Shown here: piece after piece, positions 44,287-55,200 of the stretch | How positions within the stretch are numbered: position 1 is the stretch's first letter | Layout: each line of letters begins with the position of its first letter | Assembly (NCBI GenBank): GCA_963749495.1 | Contig: CAVVMW010000016.1 | Coordinates: forward strand, 71,708-135,707 | Direction: 5' to 3' | From: an uncultured bacterium | GTDB lineage: Bacteria > Verrucomicrobiota > Verrucomicrobiia > Limisphaerales > UBA8199 | DNA: 64,000 bases | Made by a program: the position numbers and the translations under genes | Notes under the pieces: generated by a model | Told to the model about the DNA's origin: nothing | The model's database searches: none | Seen by the model: the letters and a program-made list of their open reading frames with translations, nothing else

Positions 44287-45081
44287 ATGAAAATCCGCGC
44301 CCTGATTGTCAATGATGAGGCCCTGGCGCGCGCGCGCGTGCGCAAGCTGCTGGCCGGCGAGCCGGACCTGGACATCCTGGGCGAGTGCAGCAACGGCCCA
44401 GAGGCCATCGCCTTCATCCGGGAGCACCGGCCCGACCTGGTCTTTCTGGACGTGCAAATGCCCGAGGTCAGCGGCTTTGATGTGCTGCGGGCGTTGCCGG
44501 AGGAGACTTGGCCCGCCGTTATCTTTGTCACTGCTCATGACCAGCACGCCATCGCGGCCTTCGAGGTCCATGCGCTGGATTACCTGCTCAAGCCCTTTAC
44601 CCAGGCCAGGCTCCTGAGCGCCGTCCAGCGTGCGCGCCGACACCTCCAGGCGCCGGACCTGGCGGCGCTCCACCAGCACCTGGCCCAATGGCTCAACTCC
44701 TCCGCCCCCCAACCCGCCTACCTGAGCCGCATCGCCGTCAAAACCGGCAACCAGACCCTCTTCATCAAAGTCGAGGACATCGATTACATCGAATCCGCCG
44801 CCAACTACGCCGTCCTCCAAACCCGCGACCAACGCCATGTCTTGCGCGAGACCCTCATCAACCTGGAAGCCACGCTGCCCCCCCGGCTCTTCCTGCGCAT
44901 CAGCCGCTCGATCATCGTCAACCTGGACCGCATCAAGGGCATCCAATCCGCCTCCCATGGCGATTACCTGGTCCTCCTCCACGACGGGCGCCAACTCCTG
45001 ATGACCCGCGGCATGCGCCAGGCCCAGGAACGCCTGCAATACCCGACGGCCCGGAGCGGCCAACCCGGGCCAGAGCATTGA
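44287..45081 (+). CDS. LytTR-family response regulator
   Basis: FLDVQMP, FVTAHD, DYLLKP, FLRISRSIIVNL. Confidence 0.95.
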   Translation: MKIRALIVNDEALARARVRKLLAGEPDLDILGECSNGPEAIAFIREHRPDLVFLDVQMPEVSGFDVLRALPEETWPAVIFVTAHDQHAIAAFEVHALDYLLKPFTQARLLSAVQRARRHLQAPDLAALHQHLAQWLNSSAPQPAYLSRIAVKTGNQTLFIKVEDIDYIESAANYAVLQTRDQRHVLRETLINLEATLPPRLFLRISRSIIVNLDRIKGIQSASHGDYLVLLHDGRQLLMTRGMRQAQERLQYPTARSGQPGPEH

Positions 45082-45142
45082 GGGCGTCCACCGTTTTGAA
45101 GTCGTGCATGCGCACCATGAACCGGACGGGCGTCGCCTGCCG

Positions 45143-45232
45143 CGAAGCGTTTTGGACTGCGCCAGTCCTCTGCCGCTTTTTGGAGCGTGGGCACGCCAAA
45201 GCGCCAGAGGACTGGCGCAGTCCAAAACCTGG
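45143..45232. repeat. REP-like hairpin (related element ~57410-57510)
   Basis: TTTTGGACTGCGCCAGTCCTCTG ... CAGAGGACTGGCGCAGTCCAAAA. Confidence 0.8.
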
Positions 45233-45368
45233 CGGGCTTCCCGACGCCGCGCTCCAATTGCTTGGCGTGCCGAGGGCCCACAAAATGAGATGCGCCCCGC
45301 GCTGAGGCATTCGCTATTGACACGCTGCGCCATCACTGCCTCAATGTTAATGGCACCATTTGCGCTCC

Positions 45369-47648
45369 ATGAGGTCAAAGCGGAAACTGTTGTGGATATT
45401 GGCTGGCCTGCTGTTGGCCGGCGGCGCGACGGCTATTTTCATGCAGCCTCGCCGGTTGCCGCTGCCAGAAGTGATGGAGGACCCCGCCAATTACCCGTTA
45501 GTGGAGATACAACACCCGATTGCCGGGGCGGTCCTGCCGCTCAACTTCCCGGCGCCGGTGGTGACCTGGAAGACGAACGCGGCGGGCGGGGAGATTTGGG
45601 TGGCCGGTTTCAAGGCGGGCGGGCGGGCCTGGTGGTTCGAGCGGACCGGGCCGTTGTGGCGGCCCAGCGCGGAGGTGTGGCGACAGGTCAAGGCATCCGC
45701 CCAAGGAGGGGCGATCGAGGTTGTGGTGGGCGCGTTTGACCGAGCCAGCCGCCGGCTCAAGGCGCGAGGCTCGGTCCGGTTCACCTTGGCGCGGGAGACA
45801 GTGGATTACCCGCTGTTCTACCGGGAGGTCAATTTGCCGTTTGCCGAGGCCGTCAAGGACCCGACCCGGATTCGGTGGCGGTTTGGGGCTATCGACCGCG
45901 AGGAGATGCCGCCCGTCGTCCTGGAAAAGCTGCCGGTGTGCGGCAACTGCCATTCGTTCGACCGGAAGGGGGAATTTCTGGCGATGGACGTTGATTACGC
46001 CAACAACAAGGCCTCGTATGTTATCACCCGGACCGGCCCGGAGATGCGGCTGGCGACCAGCGACATCATCACTTGGGACGATTACCGGCGCGAGGACGGC
46101 CAGCAGACATTCGGCCTGCTCTCCCAAATCTCGCCCGATGGCCGTTACGTGCTCAGCACCGTCAAGGATCGCTCCGTTTTCGTCCCCAGGCCCGACCTGG
46201 CCTTTTCGCAACTGTTTTTCCCCCTCAAAGGGATTCTCGTGGTTTATGACCGGCAGACCAAGCAGTTTTTGCCCCTGCCGGGGGCCGATGACCCGGCGTT
46301 CGTGCAGAGCAACCCGGCGTGGAGTCCGGACGGCCAATGGGTCGTGTTCGCCCGCCACCGCGCCGCCGAATTGGAAAAGTTGCGCAATACCGGCAGCATC
46401 CTCCTGACCCCCGAGGAGTGCGAGGAATTCCTCAAGCGCGGCAAGGAGTTCAAATACGACCTATACCGGGTGGCGTTCAATGGGGGCAAAGGGGGCCAGG
46501 CCGAGCCGGTGCGGGGCGCCTCGGCCAACGGGCGCAGCAATTACTTCCCCAAGTTCTCGCCCGATGGCCGATGGATTGTCTTTTGCCAGGCCTCCAATTA
46601 CATGCTCTTGCAGCCCGACAGCCAGCTTTACATCATCCCCGCCGCGGGAGGCGAGGCCCGGCGGTTGGGCTGCAACCTGGCCCGCATGAACTCCTGGCAC
46701 ACCTGGTCGCCCGATGGCCGCTGGCTGGTCTTTTCCTCAAAGGCCCATTCGGATTACACGCAACTCTACCTGGCGCGCATCGATGAGCGCGGCGAGGCCA
46801 GCCCGCCGGTCTGGCTCCAACACATGGTCGGCCCGGACCGGGCGGCCAACATCCCCGAATTCGTCGCCCTGGCCCCAAACGCAATCGGCAGAATTCGCGA
46901 GCAATTCCTCGACGATCTTTCCTTTGCGCGCGCGGGCAACGAATTCTTCCGCGGCGGCGAGCCCGACCGGGCGATCGAGAGCTACAAGACCGCGTTGTCG
47001 CTCAATCCGAACAACGTCGTGGCCCACCAGCGCCTCGGGTTCCTCCTCTACCATGTCAAAGACCTGCCCCAGGAGGGGCTCTCCCATACTCAGACCGCCG
47101 TCCGCCTCGACCCCAAAAACGGCTTCGCCCAATTCGACCTCGGCTTCGCCCTCTTCGCCAGCGAAGATCTGACGAACGCCCTCGTTCACCTGGCCGAGGC
47201 CGTGCGCCTGCTGCCCAACGGCTACGACCAGAACTATAATGCGGTCGAGATGCATTTCGTCCTGGCCATGACCCAATACCAGCTCGCCCTCTGGGAGCAA
47301 TGCGACGGCTCGCTCCGGACGGTCTTGCGCCTGGCGCCCGAGCACGCACGCGCCAACTACCTCATGGCCATGGCCCGCGCCCGCCTCGGCGAAACCCGAA
47401 CCGCCCTGCCCTTCTTCGACCAGGCCATCCACGCCGACGCGCAGTTGGCCCAGTCGCCCGACTTCTACGACGTGCTGAGCGCCAATTACATCCGGCAGGG
47501 CGCCTACGCTGAGGGCCTCAAGGCCTCCGAAAGGGGCCGCCAACTCGCAGCCCAGGCCGGCCTGACCCAGCAGGCCGCCGAACTCCAGCAACGCGTGGAA
47601 TATTGCAAGGGCCTCGCCGCCCCCAAACCCGCCGCGCAGCCGCCCTGA
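45369..47648 (+). CDS. TolB-like PD40 beta-propeller plus TPR protein with a CxxCH motif
   Basis: Repeated (W/F/I)SPDGRW units, C-terminal TPRs, CGNCH. Confidence 0.85.
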   Translation: MRSKRKLLWILAGLLLAGGATAIFMQPRRLPLPEVMEDPANYPLVEIQHPIAGAVLPLNFPAPVVTWKTNAAGGEIWVAGFKAGGRAWWFERTGPLWRPSAEVWRQVKASAQGGAIEVVVGAFDRASRRLKARGSVRFTLARETVDYPLFYREVNLPFAEAVKDPTRIRWRFGAIDREEMPPVVLEKLPVCGNCHSFDRKGEFLAMDVDYANNKASYVITRTGPEMRLATSDIITWDDYRREDGQQTFGLLSQISPDGRYVLSTVKDRSVFVPRPDLAFSQLFFPLKGILVVYDRQTKQFLPLPGADDPAFVQSNPAWSPDGQWVVFARHRAAELEKLRNTGSILLTPEECEEFLKRGKEFKYDLYRVAFNGGKGGQAEPVRGASANGRSNYFPKFSPDGRWIVFCQASNYMLLQPDSQLYIIPAAGGEARRLGCNLARMNSWHTWSPDGRWLVFSSKAHSDYTQLYLARIDERGEASPPVWLQHMVGPDRAANIPEFVALAPNAIGRIREQFLDDLSFARAGNEFFRGGEPDRAIESYKTALSLNPNNVVAHQRLGFLLYHVKDLPQEGLSHTQTAVRLDPKNGFAQFDLGFALFASEDLTNALVHLAEAVRLLPNGYDQNYNAVEMHFVLAMTQYQLALWEQCDGSLRTVLRLAPEHARANYLMAMARARLGETRTALPFFDQAIHADAQLAQSPDFYDVLSANYIRQGAYAEGLKASERGRQLAAQAGLTQQAAELQQRVEYCKGLAAPKPAAQPP

Positions 47649-47711
47649 GACATAGCCGGTCAATGAAGGCGGAGACGGAGTGCGGGGCCGACCCCTCACC
47701 CCGGCCCTCTC

Positions 47712-47940
47712 GGTCCACGGTTCGGGGCGTGGGAATCATCCCCTGTCGCGTAGCGACGCAGTGAAGGTAGCCGTGGACCTCGGTCCACGGTTCAGCGCGT
47801 GGGAATGGTCACGCGTCGCGTAGCGACGCCTGACAGCATCGTGGTTTTCAGGCGTCGCTACGCGACGCGGTTGAGCTTGGGCCATGGGTCCGTGGACTGG
47901 AAGTCCACGGCTACCATCGGGCACCGCTACGCGGTGAGCC
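47712..47940. repeat. REP-like element, family B (also 51236-51447, 58858-59552, fragment 28812-28852)
   Basis: GCGTCGCGTAGCGACGC and GTAGCCGTGGAC-N-GTCCACGG palindromes. Confidence 0.85.
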
Positions 47941-48196
47941 GGGGGCAATGACGCTCCCACCTTCACTGAGGCCTCACGCTGAGGCATATCGACATCTCGC
48001 AAAACAAGGCGTGAAGATTTAGCAAAATTCTTCTTGCCAGGGGGGGCCGATCATGATATGCCCGCTCCATTGCCTCAATAGAGCGTCGGACGCCGTCACC
48101 GGGAAACCGGGCGGCTTCGGGCGGGGCCTTCCCGCCACCGGCGATCCGCGAGGTTCAGAAATAGTCGAAGTCCAAAATCAGCCAGATCACACCACC

Positions 48197-51124
48197 ATGA
48201 AGAAACCACCCCTTATTTCCCTCCTGCGGGCCGCTCCGGCCCTGACCGCGGCGTGCGCCCTGTTCTCGGGCGCCGTCGCCCAAGCCCAGCCGTTCATCGA
48301 CACCACTTCCCCGGATGGCTTGGTTCAGTTCCAGCCAACGAACAAGTTTTCGTTCACCATGGAGTCCACAGTCCCGTCCGGCGTTTCCGCCGCAAACATT
48401 ATGGTCACGCTCTACACGACGAACCTGTCGTGGGTGCAGGCCGCAGCGCCGCTAGTCATCACGACCACCAACGGCATGGTCGTCAGCGGTACGCCGGCCC
48501 TCCGGGTGGTGACTGTGCCGCTGACCGCCACGAATGTCCAATATACCGCGGTCATCCAGGCGACAGACCTCGGCGGCACTCTCTTGCAAACCAACACCTT
48601 CGATACCATTACCCCGTCTTATACATGGGAGGCGGAAGATTGGGACTACAATGGCGGGCAATTCATCGATAATCCCCAGACCAATGCCTACGCGGGGCTG
48701 TCGGGCACTTTTGGCGTGGACGCTTATAACCCCAATGGCGGAGGCACCTCCTATCGGCCCAACGACACTGGCGATCCGGGCAACGAAGGGAACACCAACG
48801 TCAAGCGCGTCCAATACACGGACCCGAACAACGCCCAAACCGACTACGATTTCGGGTGGAGCAATGGTGGGACCCTCGAATGGGCAAATTATACCAGGCA
48901 CTATCCCGCCGGCAAATGGAACATCTTTGCTCGATGCGCAGGGTGGGCCACGGAAACGGACAGCGCCGACATGTTCCTCGGTGGGACCAACGGGACGCGC
49001 CTCGGCCGGTTCGCGGTCCCCTTAACGTGTGGCACAAGCGGCACAGGCGCTTACCAATGTTATGGCTGGGCGCCTTTGATCGATATCGCCGGGAATCTGA
49101 TCGAATGGGATACAGACGGCAGCAAGCAGACCCTCACTCTCCAGACCATCCAGGGCAGTTGGAACATGAATTTCTTCATGCTCATGCCGGTGAACCCGAA
49201 CTACAAACCGGTCCCGTTTGTCAGCGCCACCAGCCCGAACAGCACACAGATGTTCCCACTCACCAATCTCTTCACATTCAACGTCAATTCCGTCCCGGGG
49301 ATTAGCCAGACCGGCATTGTGGTGACTGTGAACGGGATCACGCCGTACGGCCTGACCTATAGCGGCTCGTCGCGCGTTTTGAGCGGCAGCTTCCCGATAG
49401 CGACCAATGCAGGCTACTCGGTGACGATTGTGGCGACGGACGCCAACGGATCCAGCACCTACACCACGACATTCGGCACGTTCTCAGCCAAGAACTATAC
49501 GTGGGAATGCGAGGATTGGGACTACCAAAACGGACAATTCATCGATAACCCTCAAACCAATGCCTATGCGGGGCTGGCGGGCATTGCCGGGGTGGATGCG
49601 AACAACAGCCAAGGAGGCGGCACCACCTATCGGTCCAACGACACGGGTGATTTGGGCAACGAAGCCAACGGCGACGCAACGCGCGTGCAATACACGAGCG
49701 CAGGCCTCAGCGACTACGACATCGGGTGGACCGCCTCCGGCAACTGGGCCAATTACACCCGGACCTATCCGAAGGGCGTGTTTGGCGTCATGTTCCGCGC
49801 GGCTGGCAACTCCGGCGGCACCGACATGGCGAGGCTCTTGGAGGTGACGAGCGGGGTTGGCACGAGCAGCCAAACCACCACTTCACTGGGCCAGTTCAAC
49901 GTTCCCAATACCGGTGGGTGGCAAACCTATACATGGGCGCCCTTGGTGGATTCAACCGGCAACGCCGTCACCATTACCAACAGCGGCTCGGTCAAGACGT
50001 TCCAGCTCTACCAGGATGCCGGCGGATGGAACGGCAACTTCTTGATGCTGATCCCAACCGATACCACCAAGCCCACCTTCAGCCAGATCTACCCGGATGG
50101 CTCGGCCATGTTCCAACATACCAATACCTTGAGCTTTGTCGTCAAATCCGCCTCTAACATCAACCCCGGCCTCGTTTCGGTGACCCTGAACGGCGTCGCG
50201 GTGCCCAACCTGACCTTCAGCGGTCCGGCCACCAATTTGACCGTGAGCTGCCCTGTGCAGCCTGAAACCGGCTATAGGGCGACCCTCGGCGTAAACACCA
50301 CCAACAACGACCCGGCCGTCCTGAGCTTCGTCTTTGACACGTCCACTGCCGGCTACTATACGTGGGAAGCGGAGGATTTTGACTACGAGGGCGGGAAATT
50401 CTTCGATAACCCTCAGACCAACGCCTATTACGGGCTGCAGGCCATTATTGGTGTGGACGGTTTGAACACGAATAACGGAGCCACCGCCTATCGTCCGGTC
50501 GCCGCCAGCGGTCCGGACGGCAACCAGGGCAATGAGGTGGCCAGCGACCTGAAGCGCCCGCAATATGGCGCAGGCGCCAGCGACTACGACGTTGGGTGGA
50601 CCGGCACCGGCAACTGGGCCAATTACACCCGGACCTATCCGACGGGCGTGTTCAACGTCAGGCTGCGCGCATCCAGCCCCAGTGGCCAGACCAATGCGGC
50701 GAGCCTCTTGCGGGTGACGAGCGGGCTTGGCACGAGCAACCAAACCACCACCGCACTGGGCATATTCAACGCTCCCTATACTGGCGGCTGGGAAACCTAT
50801 GATTGGGCGACCTTGGTGGATACAAACGGCAGCCCGGTCATCGTTACCAACAGCGGCGCGGTCTCGACGTTCCAGCTCTACCAGAATAACGGCGGATGGA
50901 ACGCCAACTTCTTCGAGCTGGTTCCGCCCATGGTCACCGGGCCGAAGCTGACCGTCGTCAGGACGGCCGGGAACGTGACCATCTCCTGGGCTCCCACCGG
51001 AGGCCGATTGGAGGCCAGCCCGGCGTTGGGAGCCAGCGCCAATTGGCAGCCGATCGGCACGGCCAACCCGGCCGTCGTCCCCATCACTGGCGCCGCCCAG
51101 TTCTTCCGCGTGATCAGTCCGTAA
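48197..51124 (+). CDS. Large secreted protein with three CBM6/35-like repeats
   Basis: Signal peptide; 3x YTWE(A/C)EDxDY...NWANYTR...GGW. Confidence 0.8.
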   Translation: MKKPPLISLLRAAPALTAACALFSGAVAQAQPFIDTTSPDGLVQFQPTNKFSFTMESTVPSGVSAANIMVTLYTTNLSWVQAAAPLVITTTNGMVVSGTPALRVVTVPLTATNVQYTAVIQATDLGGTLLQTNTFDTITPSYTWEAEDWDYNGGQFIDNPQTNAYAGLSGTFGVDAYNPNGGGTSYRPNDTGDPGNEGNTNVKRVQYTDPNNAQTDYDFGWSNGGTLEWANYTRHYPAGKWNIFARCAGWATETDSADMFLGGTNGTRLGRFAVPLTCGTSGTGAYQCYGWAPLIDIAGNLIEWDTDGSKQTLTLQTIQGSWNMNFFMLMPVNPNYKPVPFVSATSPNSTQMFPLTNLFTFNVNSVPGISQTGIVVTVNGITPYGLTYSGSSRVLSGSFPIATNAGYSVTIVATDANGSSTYTTTFGTFSAKNYTWECEDWDYQNGQFIDNPQTNAYAGLAGIAGVDANNSQGGGTTYRSNDTGDLGNEANGDATRVQYTSAGLSDYDIGWTASGNWANYTRTYPKGVFGVMFRAAGNSGGTDMARLLEVTSGVGTSSQTTTSLGQFNVPNTGGWQTYTWAPLVDSTGNAVTITNSGSVKTFQLYQDAGGWNGNFLMLIPTDTTKPTFSQIYPDGSAMFQHTNTLSFVVKSASNINPGLVSVTLNGVAVPNLTFSGPATNLTVSCPVQPETGYRATLGVNTTNNDPAVLSFVFDTSTAGYYTWEAEDFDYEGGKFFDNPQTNAYYGLQAIIGVDGLNTNNGATAYRPVAASGPDGNQGNEVASDLKRPQYGAGASDYDVGWTGTGNWANYTRTYPTGVFNVRLRASSPSGQTNAASLLRVTSGLGTSNQTTTALGIFNAPYTGGWETYDWATLVDTNGSPVIVTNSGAVSTFQLYQNNGGWNANFFELVPPMVTGPKLTVVRTAGNVTISWAPTGGRLEASPALGASANWQPIGTANPAVVPITGAAQFFRVISP

Positions 51125-51151
51125 GAGTCAACATTTTGCGGTCTGAGCACT

Positions 51152-51187
51152 CGAGCCGCGGGGGAAACCCCGCGGCTCGCTTTTTTT
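51152..51187 (+). terminator. Rho-independent terminator
   Basis: CGAGCCGCGGGG-loop-CCCCGCGGCTCG followed by T7. Confidence 0.85.
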
Positions 51188-52254
51188 GTGTCGCCCCGGG
51201 CGCGTCTTGCCATTGCCGGAGCTTGGCCGGCGTCACCGCGTAGCGGTGCTTGATGGTAGCCGTGGACTTCCAGTCCACGGACCCATGGCCCAAGCTCACC
51301 TGCGTCGCGTAGCGACGCTTGAGAACAGGATTCGATTTGGCCAGCGCCAGGCCCTCAGAACGTCGCTACGCAACGCGCGGCCATTCCCACGACCCAAACC
51401 GTGGACCGAGGTCCACGGCTACCTTCAGCGCGTCGCTACGCGACGCAGGCGCTGCGCTGGCGACTCCGAGGAGGCGGCAGGGAGGTCGAACAGGGGGTCA
51501 CGGGATGAAGGCGCCACAGTTATTTGCGGGCGGGACCTTTCCGGAAGAGCCATTTTTTTGCGCCTTTTGCGCCTTTTCGCGGCTGAACTGCTCTTTTTAG
51601 GTTCAGCCCATGGGCACTTTTCCGGTCATGACCTGGGCCGTTGGCCCAGTTGGTAGGGGCCGCGCCGTTGGCGCTCCAGGCACTGGAAAAAAGGCGCGGA
51701 CGAGGGCGTCCGCGCCCCTGATCCTACGTTTCCTGAACCAGCCCTGCCTTCGGAGGGCGCACGACAGATTTCTTCCAGGGCGCCCGCCTGCCGCATAAAT
51801 GCGGCGTTCCGAGGCGAACCGGAACGCCGCATTTATGCGGCAGCGAAGGATTTTGTCGTGCGCCTGCCCTCGAAAAAATGCGATCTTTTTCGCTTGCCAT
51901 CGCTTGACATTCGTGGTTGTCTTGGTGGCGTTGCCTTGTGAAGACACGGGTCTTGCCGGAAAGGCCTGGTTTTAGGGGAGGGAAGAGCCTGGTTTTGGTC
52001 GAGGGAAGGGCCTAGTGTCATTGGAGCTCCGGGCTTTGTCGGCATGAGCGCGTCGCGTGCGAGGCCACAGAAACGAACCCATGACTAAATTACTCCTACT
52101 AGAGAGGCGGAGCCTCAGACCGTGGCTTGGGCATCTTGCCCAAGCCCCCACGGGCAGGATGCCCGTGCCACAAACTTGACTTGTCTGCATCACGTTTCGA
52201 AACTCAAGGAATCTAGTCCGCTCCCACAGCAAGACACAAACCCCAACAGTTCAA

Positions 52255-55200
52255 ATGAAACCGAAACTACAGCCAGGACTGATCGATTCAGGACCTGAAA
52301 AGAAAATTCCCCGACACCCCACCAGATTCCGCGTGGCCTGCGCCGCCTTCGGCGTGGCGGCGATACTGTGCGCCGGCGTCCAACTCAATGCTGCGCAAAC
52401 CTTCACCGGCATGGACGTGGGCGCGCCCTCACAACACGGCTCGGTCGTGACCAACACCGATGGCTCCCTGACCGTCACCGGCGGCGGCTACGACATCTGG
52501 AACACCAGCGACGACTGCTATTATTACTACACCTGGCAGAGCGGCACCCAGTGGGCAGCGCAGTTGAGGGTGGATGCCGACATCCAAGGCGGCACCGTCG
52601 ACTGGCCCAAGTGCGAGTTGATGGTCCGCGCGTCCGACCAGTCTTCCGGCCCCCTGGGGCCGGACGCATTCATCGCCATGATGTACACCAAGCCCACGGC
52701 ACTCGACCCGGGCGGCGCAAATTGGCTCGCGGACCAATACCGCAGCGTGGCCTCCGGCCAGGGCGATTGGTACGTCCCGACCCAGCCGACTTACAAGCCC
52801 CCCGTGTGGATGGTCATCCTGCGTATGGGCGATGTCTTCTCCCTTTTCTACAGCCTCGACGACAACGTCAGCTACACGGACTACCTGGACATCGATACCT
52901 CGACCAATGCGTTCACGGGCACTGACAACGGCACCAGCTTCGGCACACCGTTCCCGGACCCGGTGGCCGTCGGCGTCGCGGTCACGGCGGGCCAGGACCC
53001 TGGCAGCGCGGCTGTGGCCAGGGTTTCCCACCTTGGCGTCGGGAGCATCGTGCCGCCCACCGTCATGGGCGCGTCCGTCCCGCTCCAGAATGTCACCAAT
53101 TATCAGGGGTCCGAGGTCTCGTTGAGGTTCGCCACGACCAATAACGCCTGGCCCAATGTCACCTACCCGAACTACCTGACCTACCAGTGGTTCAAGAATG
53201 GCACGGCGCTCAGCGGCGCCACAGGCGCCATCTATACCAAACTGGTGGATGCCGCCGACAGCACGGCCAAGTACTACTGCACCGCGACGCTCCTGGCTCC
53301 CTTCAACACCGTCGTCAAAGGCGCGGCCAGCACGACCAACACCATTGCCATCATCCCTGGGGCTGTCTCCTACACCAACGGCCTCAAGTCGGAGTTGTTC
53401 TCGGGCGCCACCCTGACCAATGTTGAGAACGGCGCCACCGGGCCCGCCAACCAAATATACCTGGTGCCCAAGCTTGACGTGCCCGGCCCTACACTCTTCG
53501 AATATGTGAATCGCGTCAGCGGCTGGTACATCCCGCCCGCCACCGACAACTACGTCTTCTTCATTGCCGACGACGACGTGTCCGACCTCTGGTTGAGCAC
53601 CGACAACACCCCGGAGAACAAGCGGATAATTGCCCAGGAGATGGGCTGGAGTTCTCAGGATCACTGGCTCACTGCCCGCGACACCGGGGTGAATAGTGCC
53701 GCCCAAAAGCGGTCCGATCAGTGGACCGCCGACGGTTCCGGCTTCCAGCCGCCCTATGCCAATGGCATCGCCCTGACCGGCGGCCAGCTCTACTATATCG
53801 AGTTGGACCATCATGAGGACGGCTCCGGCGGCAACCTGTTGGGCGTCACGGCGGTGCCCGCCAGCCAAGTGGCCGGCCTCACCGATGGCACCCCCTCCAA
53901 CATGGACGGCAAGAGCAACCTGGTCCTCATGACCTGGGCCCCCGCCAAGCTCGTCTGGACCACCGAGCCGGCCAATACCTTCATCGCCCTTACCAAGGCC
54001 GGCGCCTTCCAGGCCGTCGCCTCCAGCGACAGTGAAATGGCCTTGCTGTACCAGTGGTATTACAACGGCCAACCCGTTGCCGGCGCCACCACCACCGCCA
54101 TTGCCACCGGCGCCATCAGCAACGCCAATAACGGCGACACCTATTTCTGCGTTGCCAATACGCCCGTCGGCGGCCTCGTCATCACCAGCGCCGTCGCCTC
54201 CGTCACCTTCGTCCAGCCGATCGTGGAAACCGGTTGGTGTACCCTCGAATACTGGGCCAACAATACAGACCGAACCACCGTCGAAAACGGCACTGCCGGC
54301 GCCCCGACTTACGTATGGGCCAGTCCAGGCTTCGGGATGGCCTTTAACGACGAAGCCGGCGACAACTACGTAACACGCATCAGCGGCTTCTTCATCGCCC
54401 CGGCAACCGACGACTACGTCTTCTGGGTCGGCTCCGATGACGACAGCGACCTGTTCCTGAGCACCGACTCGACCATGGCCAACAAACGGCTGATCGCCCA
54501 GGAGGTCGGCTGGAGCCCCGCCCTGGACTGGGGGGTGGACGACGGCACGGGTCCGGCGAGCCAGACCCACTCGGATACGTGGTCTCCCGACAACGGGACG
54601 ACGACGCCCTACGCCGCGGGCATCCACCTGATTGCCGGCCAGAAGTACTACATGGAGGATGTCCATCACGAGGGCGGCGGCGGCGACTGGTCCGGGGCGA
54701 CCTACCAGCGGCTCCATACCACGACCGGAATGCCCGACCCGGCCCCCATTAACGGCCAGGACACCAGGCTCAGGGGCGCGGTCATCGCCGGGAACTTCTT
54801 GCCCAGCAAGACCGTCACCGTCACCCAGCAGCCGGCCAGCCTCACCCTGGCCCCGACCTACCAGGGCACCTTTACCCTCACGGCCGCCGGCACGACCGAC
54901 TCCTCGACGGTAGTGGGCACCGAAGGCGACCCGCGTCCGCTCTTCACCGCCCCGGCCTATGTGGTCTATCAGTGGCAGAAGGACGGCAACGATATCCCCG
55001 GCGCCACCGGCTCCTCCTTCACCTATTCGGGCCCGATCTCACCGAGCGACAACGGCGCCAAGCTCACCTGCAATGTCCGGGGCTTGGGCTATGCGGATAG
55101 CTCGGGCAACCCGATCTGGGCCGCCAGCCAGCCCGCTGTCCTGACCGTCTCGCCCAACGTCCCGTTGGTCTTCGAACCGGGCATCGTCCGCGTCGATCGC

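Noticed and set aside
48060..48160. Riboswitch in the GC-rich leader of the CBM protein
   Set aside because: Short stems are possible but I recognise no conserved riboswitch motif; needs an Rfam scan
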